A stretch of 40,245 nucleotides of DNA, taken from assembly GCA_025363535.1 (NCBI GenBank), contig JANYDP010000304.1, positions 1 through 40,245 on the forward strand, written 5' to 3'. The notes below the pieces were generated by a model. That model searched no databases. It saw only the letters and a list, made by a program, of their open reading frames with translations, and was not told the origin of the DNA. Source of the stretch: Verrucomicrobiota bacterium. Its GTDB lineage: Bacteria; Verrucomicrobiota; Verrucomicrobiia; Limisphaerales; CAIQOK01. Positions 8,984 through 17,249 of this stretch are shown one piece after another (within the stretch, counting starts at the first letter, position 1; every line of letters starts with the position of its first letter). The translations under genes and the position numbers were made by a program.

Positions 8984-11647
8984 TTACTGCCCCGCCCCGT
9001 CCGCGCCGCCACCATCCAAATCAATCAAAATGTCGCGCGGTTCCGCGCCCTTGCTCTCGCCGACGATGCCGCGATTTTCCAGCTCGTCCATGATGCGCGC
9101 CGCCCGGCCGTAGCCGAGCCGCAGGCGGCGTTGTAGCAATGAGACGCTCGCCTTCTGTTCGCTGCGGATGACTTCGATGCACTGCTGGATGATTTCCTCG
9201 TCCTCATCAATGCCGCTCTCGTCGCCGAAGCTGGTCACAGGTTTGGAAAGTTGCTTGTGGATTTCCAGTTCGTAGCTCGGCTTCGCCTGCTGCGCGATGA
9301 AGTCAACCACGCTTTGGATTTCCTGATCCGTGATCAAGGCTCCTTGCGCGCGAATCAACTTCGCCGAGCCGGGCGGCAGATAAAGCATGTCGCCCTTGCC
9401 GAGCAGTTTGTCCGCGCCCTTCGCATCGAGAATCGTCCGCGAGTCCACGGCGGCGGCGACTTGGAACGCGATGCGCGCGGGAATGTTCGATTTGATCACG
9501 CCGGTGATGACATCCACGGACGGACGTTGCGTGGCGACGATGCAATGAATGCCCGCTGCGCGCGCCATCTGCGTGATGCGCGCGATGGCCATTTCCACAT
9601 CTGCCGGGGCGACTAACATCAGGTCCGCCAGCTCGTCAATGATGACGACGATGTAGGAAAGTTTTTCGGGAATGACGATGTCTTCCTCGCGCGGCACGAC
9701 AATCTGTTCGTCCACCTCGACGGCAAAACCATCCGTGCCCGGCTCCACTTTTTCCTTCTTGGCCATGAGCGGCAGTTCGGGTTCCGAGGCCTTCTGCGGC
9801 TGGTTTTTCGGGCGTTCGTTGAACCCCTTGATGTTGCGGTGACCGACGCGGGCGAAGATCTGGTAGCGCTTTTCCATTTCGTTCACCACCCAGCGCAGCG
9901 CGAGGATGACCTTCTTGGGATCGGTGACGACGGGGACGACCAGATGCGGCAGCACGTTGTATTGCTGCAACTCGACGACCTTGGGATCAATCATCACGAA
10001 GCGCAATTGATCCGGCGTGAAGCGGTAGAGCAGCGACGCGATGATGGAATTGATGCAGACGGATTTTCCCGAGCCGGTGCTGCCGGCGATGAGCAGGTGC
10101 GGCATCTCCGCGAGGTCGGCGATGATGGGGTGGCCGTAAACATCCTTGCCCAACGCGATGGGAATGCGGGCCTTGGTGTTGCGCCATTCGTCGGACTCGA
10201 ACAGGTCGCGCATGATGACCTTGGTCTTGATGAGGTTCGGCACCTCGATGCCGACGGAGCTTTTGCCGGGGACAGGCGCGAGGATGTTGATGCGTTCCGC
10301 CTTGAGCACGGCGGCGATGTTGTTGGAGAGCGCGGCGATTTTTTCCAGCTTCACGCCGGGCGCGGGATGCAACTCGTAGCGCGTAATGGTCGGGCCTTTG
10401 GTGATGTCGCCGAGGGAAACTTCGATGTCGAACTGCGCGAGCGTCTGCTGCATGAGCCGGGCGTTGGCCATCAATTCCTCCTTGGACTCCGTCGGCTTCA
10501 CGGTCATGTCCGGGTGCTGGAGGAAATCCATCGCCGGCAGTTGATAATTCCCGATCATCGGCGTCTGCGCGACGGTGATGGGCTTGGGTTTGCGCGGCAG
10601 AAGTTTGGGCTTGGGCTGGATCGTGGGCGCGGAACCGTCGGCGAAGGTGATGACTGGCTCGGCTTTGGCCTCATCAGATTTTTCGGCGACGGCCACTGCT
10701 TCGTCCGTCTTGGTGGCCGCAGGTTCGGCGGCCTTGCCGAGAATATCTGCGGTGGTGGCGGCCACGATTCCCTTGGCGGGAATAATTTCCACCTCGTTGG
10801 GCGGTGCAATTTCTTTCGGCGGTTCACCCGGACCGGATTTTTTGCCGCGCGCCTTGGACTGCGGGACGCTGAGATCGCGCACGGTCGGTTCGGGCACGGG
10901 CTGCATGTCCGCGCCCAGGCCGCTGTTGGGCGTGGTGCCGGTGACGGTGGTGGAGCGGGCCACTTCCTGTTCGAGTTTCTTGGCCTGTTTTTGGAGATCG
11001 CGGGATTTGCGTTCGAGCGCCTGTTCTTCGGGCGTGGCAGCTTGCATTTCCGGCGTGGAGAAATGACCGCGCAGCCAGTGGCCCAGATCGAAGCCGGTCA
11101 GGAACAGCATGCTGACGAAACAAAGCGTGGTGTAAAGAATCGTGGCGCCGATGGGGCCCAGCAGGGAAAAGCCGCATTGCCAGTGCTCGTAATTGCCATA
11201 GGTCACGTAACCCAACCACCCGCCATCGCTGCCCGCGCCGATTTTTGTATGGAAGGTTCCGTTCAAGCCGCCGCGATCCAGAAGGAAAAGCAATCCGGTC
11301 AGGGAAACCAGCAGGCCGACCGCCCAGGACAACGACCAGCGCAGATGTTCGCGCAGGTACGGCAGAAAACGGAGCAGGAACGCCGCGCCAAAAATCGCGA
11401 ACAGTGCCGGCAAAAAATAGCCCACCGCGCCGAACAGCAGAAATCCGCCCCAGGCAAAATACGCGCCGAGGGTTCCAATCCAGTTGTGCGGCGGGTGATT
11501 GGTCGGGTTCTGGTTGAAGCCGATGTCGCCCCGGTCAAACGACCATTGCGCAATCAACAACAACGCCGCCGCGACCAGCAGCACCACGCCGATGATGTCG
11601 TCGAAGCCCCGGGTTGATCCCGAGCCGAATGTTTCCTTACGAGCCAT
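8984..11647 (-). CDS. ftsK: DNA translocase FtsK/SpoIIIE
   Basis: 887 aa: N-terminal TM helices, a Pro/Ala/Lys-rich linker, a motor domain with Walker A GSTGSGKSV and Walker B VVIIDELADLM, and a C-terminal gamma wHTH (SVSLLQRRLRLGYGRAARIMDELE). Confidence 0.95.
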   Translation of the reverse strand: MARKETFGSGSTRGFDDIIGVVLLVAAALLLIAQWSFDRGDIGFNQNPTNHPPHNWIGTLGAYFAWGGFLLFGAVGYFLPALFAIFGAAFLLRFLPYLREHLRWSLSWAVGLLVSLTGLLFLLDRGGLNGTFHTKIGAGSDGGWLGYVTYGNYEHWQCGFSLLGPIGATILYTTLCFVSMLFLTGFDLGHWLRGHFSTPEMQAATPEEQALERKSRDLQKQAKKLEQEVARSTTVTGTTPNSGLGADMQPVPEPTVRDLSVPQSKARGKKSGPGEPPKEIAPPNEVEIIPAKGIVAATTADILGKAAEPAATKTDEAVAVAEKSDEAKAEPVITFADGSAPTIQPKPKLLPRKPKPITVAQTPMIGNYQLPAMDFLQHPDMTVKPTESKEELMANARLMQQTLAQFDIEVSLGDITKGPTITRYELHPAPGVKLEKIAALSNNIAAVLKAERINILAPVPGKSSVGIEVPNLIKTKVIMRDLFESDEWRNTKARIPIALGKDVYGHPIIADLAEMPHLLIAGSTGSGKSVCINSIIASLLYRFTPDQLRFVMIDPKVVELQQYNVLPHLVVPVVTDPKKVILALRWVVNEMEKRYQIFARVGHRNIKGFNERPKNQPQKASEPELPLMAKKEKVEPGTDGFAVEVDEQIVVPREEDIVIPEKLSYIVVIIDELADLMLVAPADVEMAIARITQMARAAGIHCIVATQRPSVDVITGVIKSNIPARIAFQVAAAVDSRTILDAKGADKLLGKGDMLYLPPGSAKLIRAQGALITDQEIQSVVDFIAQQAKPSYELEIHKQLSKPVTSFGDESGIDEDEEIIQQCIEVIRSEQKASVSLLQRRLRLGYGRAARIMDELENRGIVGESKGAEPRDILIDLDGGGADGAGQ

Positions 11648-11670
11648 GCGCGGAGACTAGCAGTTGGCGG

Positions 11671-11787
11671 GGGAAACGTGAAACGTAAAACGTGAAAAAC
11701 CGGATGGGGCTGTCGCTGGTCACACTTCACGTTTCACACTTCACGTTTCACACTTCACGTTTCACGCTCATCCTGTTAGTTTCACGC
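11671..11787. repeat. Heptamer-tandem inverted repeat: GTGAAAC-type x4, spacer, (CACACTTCACGTTT)x3
   Basis: Left arm: GGGAAAC GTGAAAC GTAAAAC GTGAAAA (11671-11698). Right arm: three tandem 14-mers at 11721-11762, each containing the complement GTTTCAC, plus an extra GTTTCACG at 11779-11786. It lies in the divergent gap between ftsK (start 11647) and yihY (start 11794). Confidence 0.85.
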
Positions 11788-11793
11788 CCCGAC

Positions 11794-13596
11794 ATGGCAG
11801 AAAAAAAATCATGGCTTGAGAAGTTGCAGACGTTGCTGGATGAGCGCGGCCTGCGCTCGGAGGCGGATCTCACGAGCCTGAACAAGTTCATCCACTTTTG
11901 GATGTTGCTCGGCAAAAGCTTCGTCCGCAACCGCTGCCCCATCCGTGCCTCGGCGCTTTCCTACACCACGTTGCTGGCGCTGATTCCCATGCTGGCCGTG
12001 GCCATCAGCGTGACCAGCAGCCTGCTCAAGGAACAGGGGGAGGCGGGCATCTACCACTTGGTGGACCGGGTGGTCGCCTATCTGGTGCCGCCAACGAAGG
12101 GTAAAACCAATGGGCCTGCGCCCGCAGTCGTTTTGCAAATGACGACGAACTTCGCCGAATTGAGCGCGCCAACAAATTCGCTGGTCAGCACCAACGAGCC
12201 GCTGCCCGCCGTGACGACGAATGCCGTTCCCGCCAGCGCAGGCGATGACCGGGTCACCTCTGCGCAACGCGAGGTTTCCAAAAAAATCCACGAGTTCATC
12301 ACCAACACCCGCAGCGGCGTGCTGGGCATCACTGGCATGATCGCGCTGGTGGTGGTGGGCATCCGCATGTTGGGCAGCATCGAGTCCACCTTCAACGACA
12401 TCTGGGGGGTGACGCGCGGGCGCAACTGGCTGAGCCGAATTCAAATTTATTGCACCGCCGTCCTGATTGGCCCGCTGCTGCTGACCGGCGCGGCAGCGCT
12501 GGCGGGTGGCCCGCATCTCACGGCAACCCGCCAACTGATCACCAACATGCCGGTCGTGGGCAGTTTTATCTTTCCGATGCTTACCTTGTTGGTGCTGTGG
12601 CTGGCGTTCGCGATTTTTTACCAGCTTGTGCCCAACACCAAGGTGCAGTTCAGCGCGGCGCTCATTGGCGGCATGGTTGCGGGAACGCTCTGGCACTTGA
12701 ACAATGTCTTCGGCTACCTCTTCGCCTCGCGCGTGGCGACTAACAGCACGATTTACGGTGGGCTGTTCATCGTGCCGGTATTCATGGCGGGGCTTTATTT
12801 CACCTGGCTGATTCTATTGTTTGGCGCGCAGGTGGCGTATGCCTTTCAAAATCGCACCTTGTATTTGCAGGAAAAAATCGCCGAGAACGTGAACCAGCGA
12901 GGTCGCGAGTTTGTCGCATTGCGGTTGCTCACCTGCATTGGCCAGCGTTTTCAACGCGGTCTGCCGCCCGCGACGATTCATGAGATGTCCGCCGAGCTGG
13001 CGATTCCCAGCCGGCTGGTGCAGCAAGTTTTGCAGACGCTCATCGCCGCGCATCTCGTCGCGGAAACGCACGGACAGGAACCGGCCTACACGCCCGCGCG
13101 CCCACTCGAAAACATCAATGCCCATCACATTCTCCAGGCCATGCGCGCCACGAACGGTCAGGAGCTGGTCACCCGCGACGAGCCGATCCGCGAGGAGGTC
13201 TATGGCGAGTTTGCGCGTATCCAGGAAGCCGAGCGCCAGGCCGCCGCGTCCGTCACGATGCTCGCGCTGGTCAGCCGCGCGCAGGCCCGGCTGGAACTGG
13301 TCGCCCCGGTGGCGGCTGGGGACGAAATTAAAATGAAGCCCGCGTTGGTGCCGAGCATTGAACCCGCCGCCGCATCCGCCGAGGAAGAAATTAAATCGCC
13401 TGATCTTTCTGCCGGACCTCCTCCTGACCTGACCCCGAAAAAATTTGAACAGGGGAATGTTCGGCCGGAAAATGAAGACCGCATGGCGGTGGCTGAAATA
13501 AAATCCGCAGGATCGTCACAGGCTGAAACTAAAACTGCCGCCTCACCTTCCGCGATTGCAACTCCGACTGAAGAAGAAAGGGATTTTCCATTATGA
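11794..13596 (+). CDS. YihY/BrkB-family membrane protein with a long C-terminal extension (wHTH-like segment plus low-complexity tail)
   Basis: The ATG at 11794 gives MAEKKSWLEKL.... YihY signature IRASALSYTTLLALIPMLAV and six TM segments. Downstream is REFVALRLLTCIGQRF...ATIHEMSAELAIPSRLVQQVLQTLIAAHLV, which looks like a winged helix. The ORF-track start at 11692 reads through the repeat element and is rejected. Confidence 0.8.
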   Translation: MAEKKSWLEKLQTLLDERGLRSEADLTSLNKFIHFWMLLGKSFVRNRCPIRASALSYTTLLALIPMLAVAISVTSSLLKEQGEAGIYHLVDRVVAYLVPPTKGKTNGPAPAVVLQMTTNFAELSAPTNSLVSTNEPLPAVTTNAVPASAGDDRVTSAQREVSKKIHEFITNTRSGVLGITGMIALVVVGIRMLGSIESTFNDIWGVTRGRNWLSRIQIYCTAVLIGPLLLTGAAALAGGPHLTATRQLITNMPVVGSFIFPMLTLLVLWLAFAIFYQLVPNTKVQFSAALIGGMVAGTLWHLNNVFGYLFASRVATNSTIYGGLFIVPVFMAGLYFTWLILLFGAQVAYAFQNRTLYLQEKIAENVNQRGREFVALRLLTCIGQRFQRGLPPATIHEMSAELAIPSRLVQQVLQTLIAAHLVAETHGQEPAYTPARPLENINAHHILQAMRATNGQELVTRDEPIREEVYGEFARIQEAERQAAASVTMLALVSRAQARLELVAPVAAGDEIKMKPALVPSIEPAAASAEEEIKSPDLSAGPPPDLTPKKFEQGNVRPENEDRMAVAEIKSAGSSQAETKTAASPSAIATPTEEERDFPL

Positions 13597-13620
13597 GCGA
13601 ACGTACGCGCCTTGCCGATT

Positions 13621-15276
13621 TCAGACGATGCGGTCGGATGATTGCCCGGACAACTCCTTGATCTCCTCGGCGAGCTTGCTCGCCTGCCTTTCGAGTTCCG
13701 CGCTTTCCTTTTCAAGCAGTTTCTTTCGCTCCGCTGCCAGTTCATCCAACAGGCCCGGCTTCTTCTCGCTCAGTTGGCAAAGCTCGTAATCAGGGCTTTC
13801 TTTCAAGCGGTTCAGCGATTCGATGACCGCGATGATTTCCAGTTGCAACGTCTCATGCAGCCGACGCAACTGCGCCAGTTCCGCCGCGTCGCTGAAATCC
13901 AGCGTCGCCCAGCCCTGGCGCAGGATGAATCCGTGCGGGTCTTCCGCGATGTCCCGCAACGTCTGGATGTCGCCCGCGTCCTTTGCCCGGTTGATGGCGG
14001 CGGTCAGCTTGTGATATGTCTCCAGCTTGTCCGGTTGGTCGGCAAAACGGTCGGGGTGATACAACTTCACCAGCTTCTTCCACAGCCGCGACAGTTCCGC
14101 CTCCTCCTCGACGGTGAGTTGTTTCTTATCCGCCACCGCTGCGGCCGTCTCCTCGTAATCCTTGTCTGTTTGCGCTTTGGCCTGCTCGTAATTCGCTTCC
14201 GCCTGTTTTGCCTCCTCCTCGCCGCCGCGCACCAGCGAATCCAGAAACTTCCGCCGGTAATCCACGATAAGCCGCAGCCGGTCGCGCTGCTGATAATGCT
14301 CGCGCAACTGTCGGAACAACACCGACTGCATGACATCCACGCGCGATTTCTCTTTTGTGAAATTAACTTCCAACTCCGCCAGTCGCGCCCGCGCACCCGC
14401 CACCAACTGCCGCATTTGCTCCAACTCCGGGTTGACGTAAATCACCAGCCCGACGACGCCCGCTTGCGCGGCGGCAACGTCTTTGATTTCGCCGTCAATT
14501 CCCGGCATGGCAAACAGGGTTGCGTCAGATTGCGCACTGGAAATTTCCAGTTGCCGCAGATACCAGCGACCCATTTTCGCGCTGCGAGCATTGGAAGAAT
14601 TTGCCAGCCAGTCCAGCCAGCCGCGCAAGTCCGCGTCCTTGCGGGCCTCTTGAATCAACCTCCCCTTGTGTTTCCCGAATGCGATGCGCGACGGAAACCA
14701 TTCTTCCGCCGCGAACGCGACCAGCTTTTCCCACGTATCCAGACCGCGATGTTCGGCGATGGGGCGAAGCACCTGCGCCATCAAGTCCGCGACCGTTTGC
14801 ACGTCGCCAAGCGCCGTGTGTGCACCGCGTTCGGGCAGGCGATAATACTGCTGCAACGTTTGCAGCTTGCAGTTGCCGGCGGGCACGGGATCGAGCAGCC
14901 GCTGCGCCAGACGCAGGGCGCAAAACCCGCGACTGGCAATCGAGCCGATGCCCAGCCGCTTCCACTCCGGCTGCAACACTTGATCCAGATCGTATTCCAG
15001 ATTGAACGCAACGAGCGGCAGGCCGCCTGCGTATTCGGCAAACTCCCGATAGACCTGCTGCGCCAGCTCGCCGTCGCGCTCCAAAATCTCGCGGGTGTAA
15101 CCATGAACTCGCGTTGCCTCGGCGGGAATATCCGCGTTTTGATTGAGCAACTTGCGAAACGGTTTGCCGTCCGGCTGCCAGCCGCGCATCCGTTGTGCGG
15201 CCAGTTCAACGACAAAGACGGGGACGGCGAAGCCAGTCGTTTCGGTATCCAAGAGAACCCATTGTTCACTGTTCAT
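13621..15276 (-). CDS. DEDDh 3'-5' exonuclease (DnaQ-like) fused to a coiled-coil region and a J-domain (HPD)
   Basis: Exo motifs LLDTETTG (about 15241-15258), AFNLEYDL and HTALGDV. A small FGKHKGRLIQEA...GWLDWL module follows the nuclease. Coiled coil, then the J-domain LWKKLVKLYHPDRFADQPDKLETYHKLTAAINRAKD, with HPD codons at 14050-14058. Start chosen at ATG 15276 (AGGAA 5 nt upstream); ATGs at 15294 and 15297 are alternatives. Confidence 0.85.
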   Translation of the reverse strand: MNSEQWVLLDTETTGFAVPVFVVELAAQRMRGWQPDGKPFRKLLNQNADIPAEATRVHGYTREILERDGELAQQVYREFAEYAGGLPLVAFNLEYDLDQVLQPEWKRLGIGSIASRGFCALRLAQRLLDPVPAGNCKLQTLQQYYRLPERGAHTALGDVQTVADLMAQVLRPIAEHRGLDTWEKLVAFAAEEWFPSRIAFGKHKGRLIQEARKDADLRGWLDWLANSSNARSAKMGRWYLRQLEISSAQSDATLFAMPGIDGEIKDVAAAQAGVVGLVIYVNPELEQMRQLVAGARARLAELEVNFTKEKSRVDVMQSVLFRQLREHYQQRDRLRLIVDYRRKFLDSLVRGGEEEAKQAEANYEQAKAQTDKDYEETAAAVADKKQLTVEEEAELSRLWKKLVKLYHPDRFADQPDKLETYHKLTAAINRAKDAGDIQTLRDIAEDPHGFILRQGWATLDFSDAAELAQLRRLHETLQLEIIAVIESLNRLKESPDYELCQLSEKKPGLLDELAAERKKLLEKESAELERQASKLAEEIKELSGQSSDRIV

Positions 15277-15802
15277 GTTTCCTGTCTTCAACATCATTCA
15301 GCAACCGCTCGATTTCGTCTTTCGACAAGCCCCCTCTTATGTCCTTGAAGCGAACAGCATGTTGCCTACAAGTCTGGCTATCTTGGGCGGAAACGTGGAG
15401 AACCCCGTTAGCGTCAATATCAAAAATCACTCGTATCTGGCGTTCTGACTCTGCCGTCAGTGAAATATCATCGATAATGAACTTGCCGAACAACGGATTC
15501 ATGGCGGCCAGAATGTTTTCACCTTGAACCACAGTGAATTCGATGCTCGTTCCATTACCGATGAAATTAGGAAGGATCAGCGATGTTCGTGCAGGGATTA
15601 TTGTGTTGCGCTTAAACACTGTAATGGCTCGGCCGTCACTGCCCTCGATGCTTAAAGTCAGCGGTGTAGCATCGCATTTTTGCCGAACCATCTCGATTGT
15701 TTCCCTCACCATGTCGGACAGAATACGCTTTGCGCCCGGCTGAGATTTTTCAATCGCGCTTGGCGGTCTCGGCACTAACGCAAAATTGTTCTTCTCATTC
15801 AT
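15266..15802 (-). CDS. Stand-alone Hsp70 (DnaK-type) substrate-binding domain protein with no nucleotide-binding domain
   Basis: 178 aa. PLTLSIEGSDGRAITVFKRNTIIPARTS...FTVVQGENILAAMNPLFGKFIIDDISLTAESERQIRVIFDIDANGVLHVSAQD...GLSKDEIERLLNDVE aligns by eye with E. coli DnaK ~393-520 ([71 protein letters not shown]...GLNEDEIQKMV). Only ~45 non-NBD residues precede it. Confidence 0.85.
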   Translation of the reverse strand: MNEKNNFALVPRPPSAIEKSQPGAKRILSDMVRETIEMVRQKCDATPLTLSIEGSDGRAITVFKRNTIIPARTSLILPNFIGNGTSIEFTVVQGENILAAMNPLFGKFIIDDISLTAESERQIRVIFDIDANGVLHVSAQDSQTCRQHAVRFKDIRGGLSKDEIERLLNDVEDRKHEQ

Positions 15803-16616
15803 GGTTATCTCTAGAAATTATCGCGAGGCTTGGATTTGTTGGAATGTAGGCTGAGAGGCTTGGAGATATCCTTCTGATGCACTCAAGTGCGGCATTGATT
15901 CGAACACCAATCAGTGTTTGTTTATTTGAGATGAATTCGATGGCGACACCCACCAGCCTTGGTGTCCACATCTGATGCCCACCCAAATCGGTCTGAGCAA
16001 AGCTCCAGACAGGGCCACCGCTCATCCCTTGCGGATTGGGTGCTGCTACGATTCTTCCATTCTCGTCGGTAACCTGCTTCAAGTCGAATTTGACCGCGAT
16101 ATGGGTTTGCGGCGTAATCCCCAAAAAGGTGTAATCGGTTTTGGAAATTGATACGGACCTGAAATTGTAAAGTCGCGGCTCCAAAATTCCACCTAGCTTT
16201 TCTGAGTGAACTTTTCTCCAAGGGTATCCAAAAAACTCATACGGTCTTCCTGACAGATCGGAATTGTTTGCGTCTGCATACTGAATTGGAAGTGGTGCGT
16301 GAACTTCTTCCATGAAAGACACTGTGTCATCGGTGAGTGCGATAACCGAAGTGTCATTTCGATCATCTCGCCTCGATCCTTGCACCAGCCGCGTTGCCTT
16401 TCCATGCCCTCGAAGTTTCCGGAACCCTTTTTGATTACCCACGAGCAAAGTTCCATTTGCCGCAAAATCGGTGATGTGCGCCGCAGTGATTAAGAACCTA
16501 GTTTGTTCCACTATGACCAACGTGCCGGTTCCAATCAGTTCCGGCTTTCCGCGTTGCAGATCCCAAAGAGGACAGATGCATTGAGCAATTGGTGGTATTC
16601 TATTTTCACACTCCAA
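15795..16616 (-). CDS. Cytoplasmic trypsin-like (chymotrypsin-fold) serine protease
   Basis: 273 aa. His in FLITAAHI (His codon 16476-16478), Asp in DTSVIAL, Ser in GMSGGPVW (Ser codon 16020-16022). No signal peptide or TM segment. TTG start at 16616, overlapping the Doc gene by 11 nt. Confidence 0.75.
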   Translation of the reverse strand: MECENRIPPIAQCICPLWDLQRGKPELIGTGTLVIVEQTRFLITAAHITDFAANGTLLVGNQKGFRKLRGHGKATRLVQGSRRDDRNDTSVIALTDDTVSFMEEVHAPLPIQYADANNSDLSGRPYEFFGYPWRKVHSEKLGGILEPRLYNFRSVSISKTDYTFLGITPQTHIAVKFDLKQVTDENGRIVAAPNPQGMSGGPVWSFAQTDLGGHQMWTPRLVGVAIEFISNKQTLIGVRINAALECIRRISPSLSAYIPTNPSLAIISRDNHE

Positions 16617-17244
16617 ATTGCTTCCGCAACTTCTCTGGAATCATGGAAAGCAGAGTCTGCTCAACTTGCGGAATATGGTCGTCGAACCGGTGCTGATTGA
16701 TGTTCAACTCTTCGCACCTGGTCACAAGAACCGCTTTAATTTTGCTGGCCACGAAATCCAGAATGATGGCCTTTGTCTCGTCAGGTAGTGGCGCGGTTCC
16801 TCCGACCAGAAGCGATTTGATTTCGTCGGCGATTGTTTGGGGTTCGACATGGAAGAAATTCTCTGTGCCGCTCAAGTAGAGCATCTCTGCAAAGACTGGT
16901 TTTGATATCCGCCCTTCGGTGAGAGCGATCATGCAGTTGAACAGCTCCTCCTCCTCAAATTGCACTTCGATCTGATTTTGTTTCAGAAAGGCCAACGCCG
17001 CCATCAGAGCGGTGCGCTTGTTGCCGTCGGTGAACGGATGATTTTTTGCAATGTGAAAGGCGTACGCCGCCGCCACATCGAAAACGTCGGCGGCGGGCAG
17101 GTAAAGCCAAGTGTTTTGCGGCTGGGCCAGTGCAGATTCCAAAAGTCCGTGGTCCAGCACGGCAGGGTCACCGCCGTATAGTTGGATTTGTTGATCGTGG
17201 TAGGCGAGAACGGCTTCCTCGCGGAGAAAAAGCAGGTCGCTCAC
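16606..17244 (-). CDS. doc: Doc (death-on-curing) Fic-family toxin with an ~85-aa C-terminal extension
   Basis: 212 aa, GTG start. REEAVLAYHDQQIQLYGG..., and the Doc active-site motif HPFTDGNKRT at 17011-17040. Canonical Doc is ~125 aa. Residues ~128-212 (TENFFHVEPQTIADEIKSLL...LSMIPEKLRKQFGV) are extra and unrecognised. Confidence 0.88.
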   Translation of the reverse strand: MSDLLFLREEAVLAYHDQQIQLYGGDPAVLDHGLLESALAQPQNTWLYLPAADVFDVAAAYAFHIAKNHPFTDGNKRTALMAALAFLKQNQIEVQFEEEELFNCMIALTEGRISKPVFAEMLYLSGTENFFHVEPQTIADEIKSLLVGGTAPLPDETKAIILDFVASKIKAVLVTRCEELNINQHRFDDHIPQVEQTLLSMIPEKLRKQFGV

Positions 17245-17249
17245 TGCGG

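Noticed and set aside
9839-11617. 592-aa plus-strand ORF antisense to ftsK
   Set aside because: Arg/Gly/Asp-rich low-complexity translation with no motifs. FtsK on the minus strand explains the region.
13642-15348. 568-aa plus-strand ORF antisense to the exonuclease/J-domain gene
   Set aside because: Leu/Arg/Gln-rich mirror image of a coiled-coil gene. The minus-strand product has clear DEDDh and HPD motifs.
15266-15802. Hsp70 SBD ORF as a mere pseudogene fragment of dnaK
   Set aside because: It has its own ATG, an intact frame through the whole SBD, and coupled overlaps with both neighbours, and no NBD remnant lies upstream. This cannot be fully excluded without comparative data, so it is kept as a would-refute condition.
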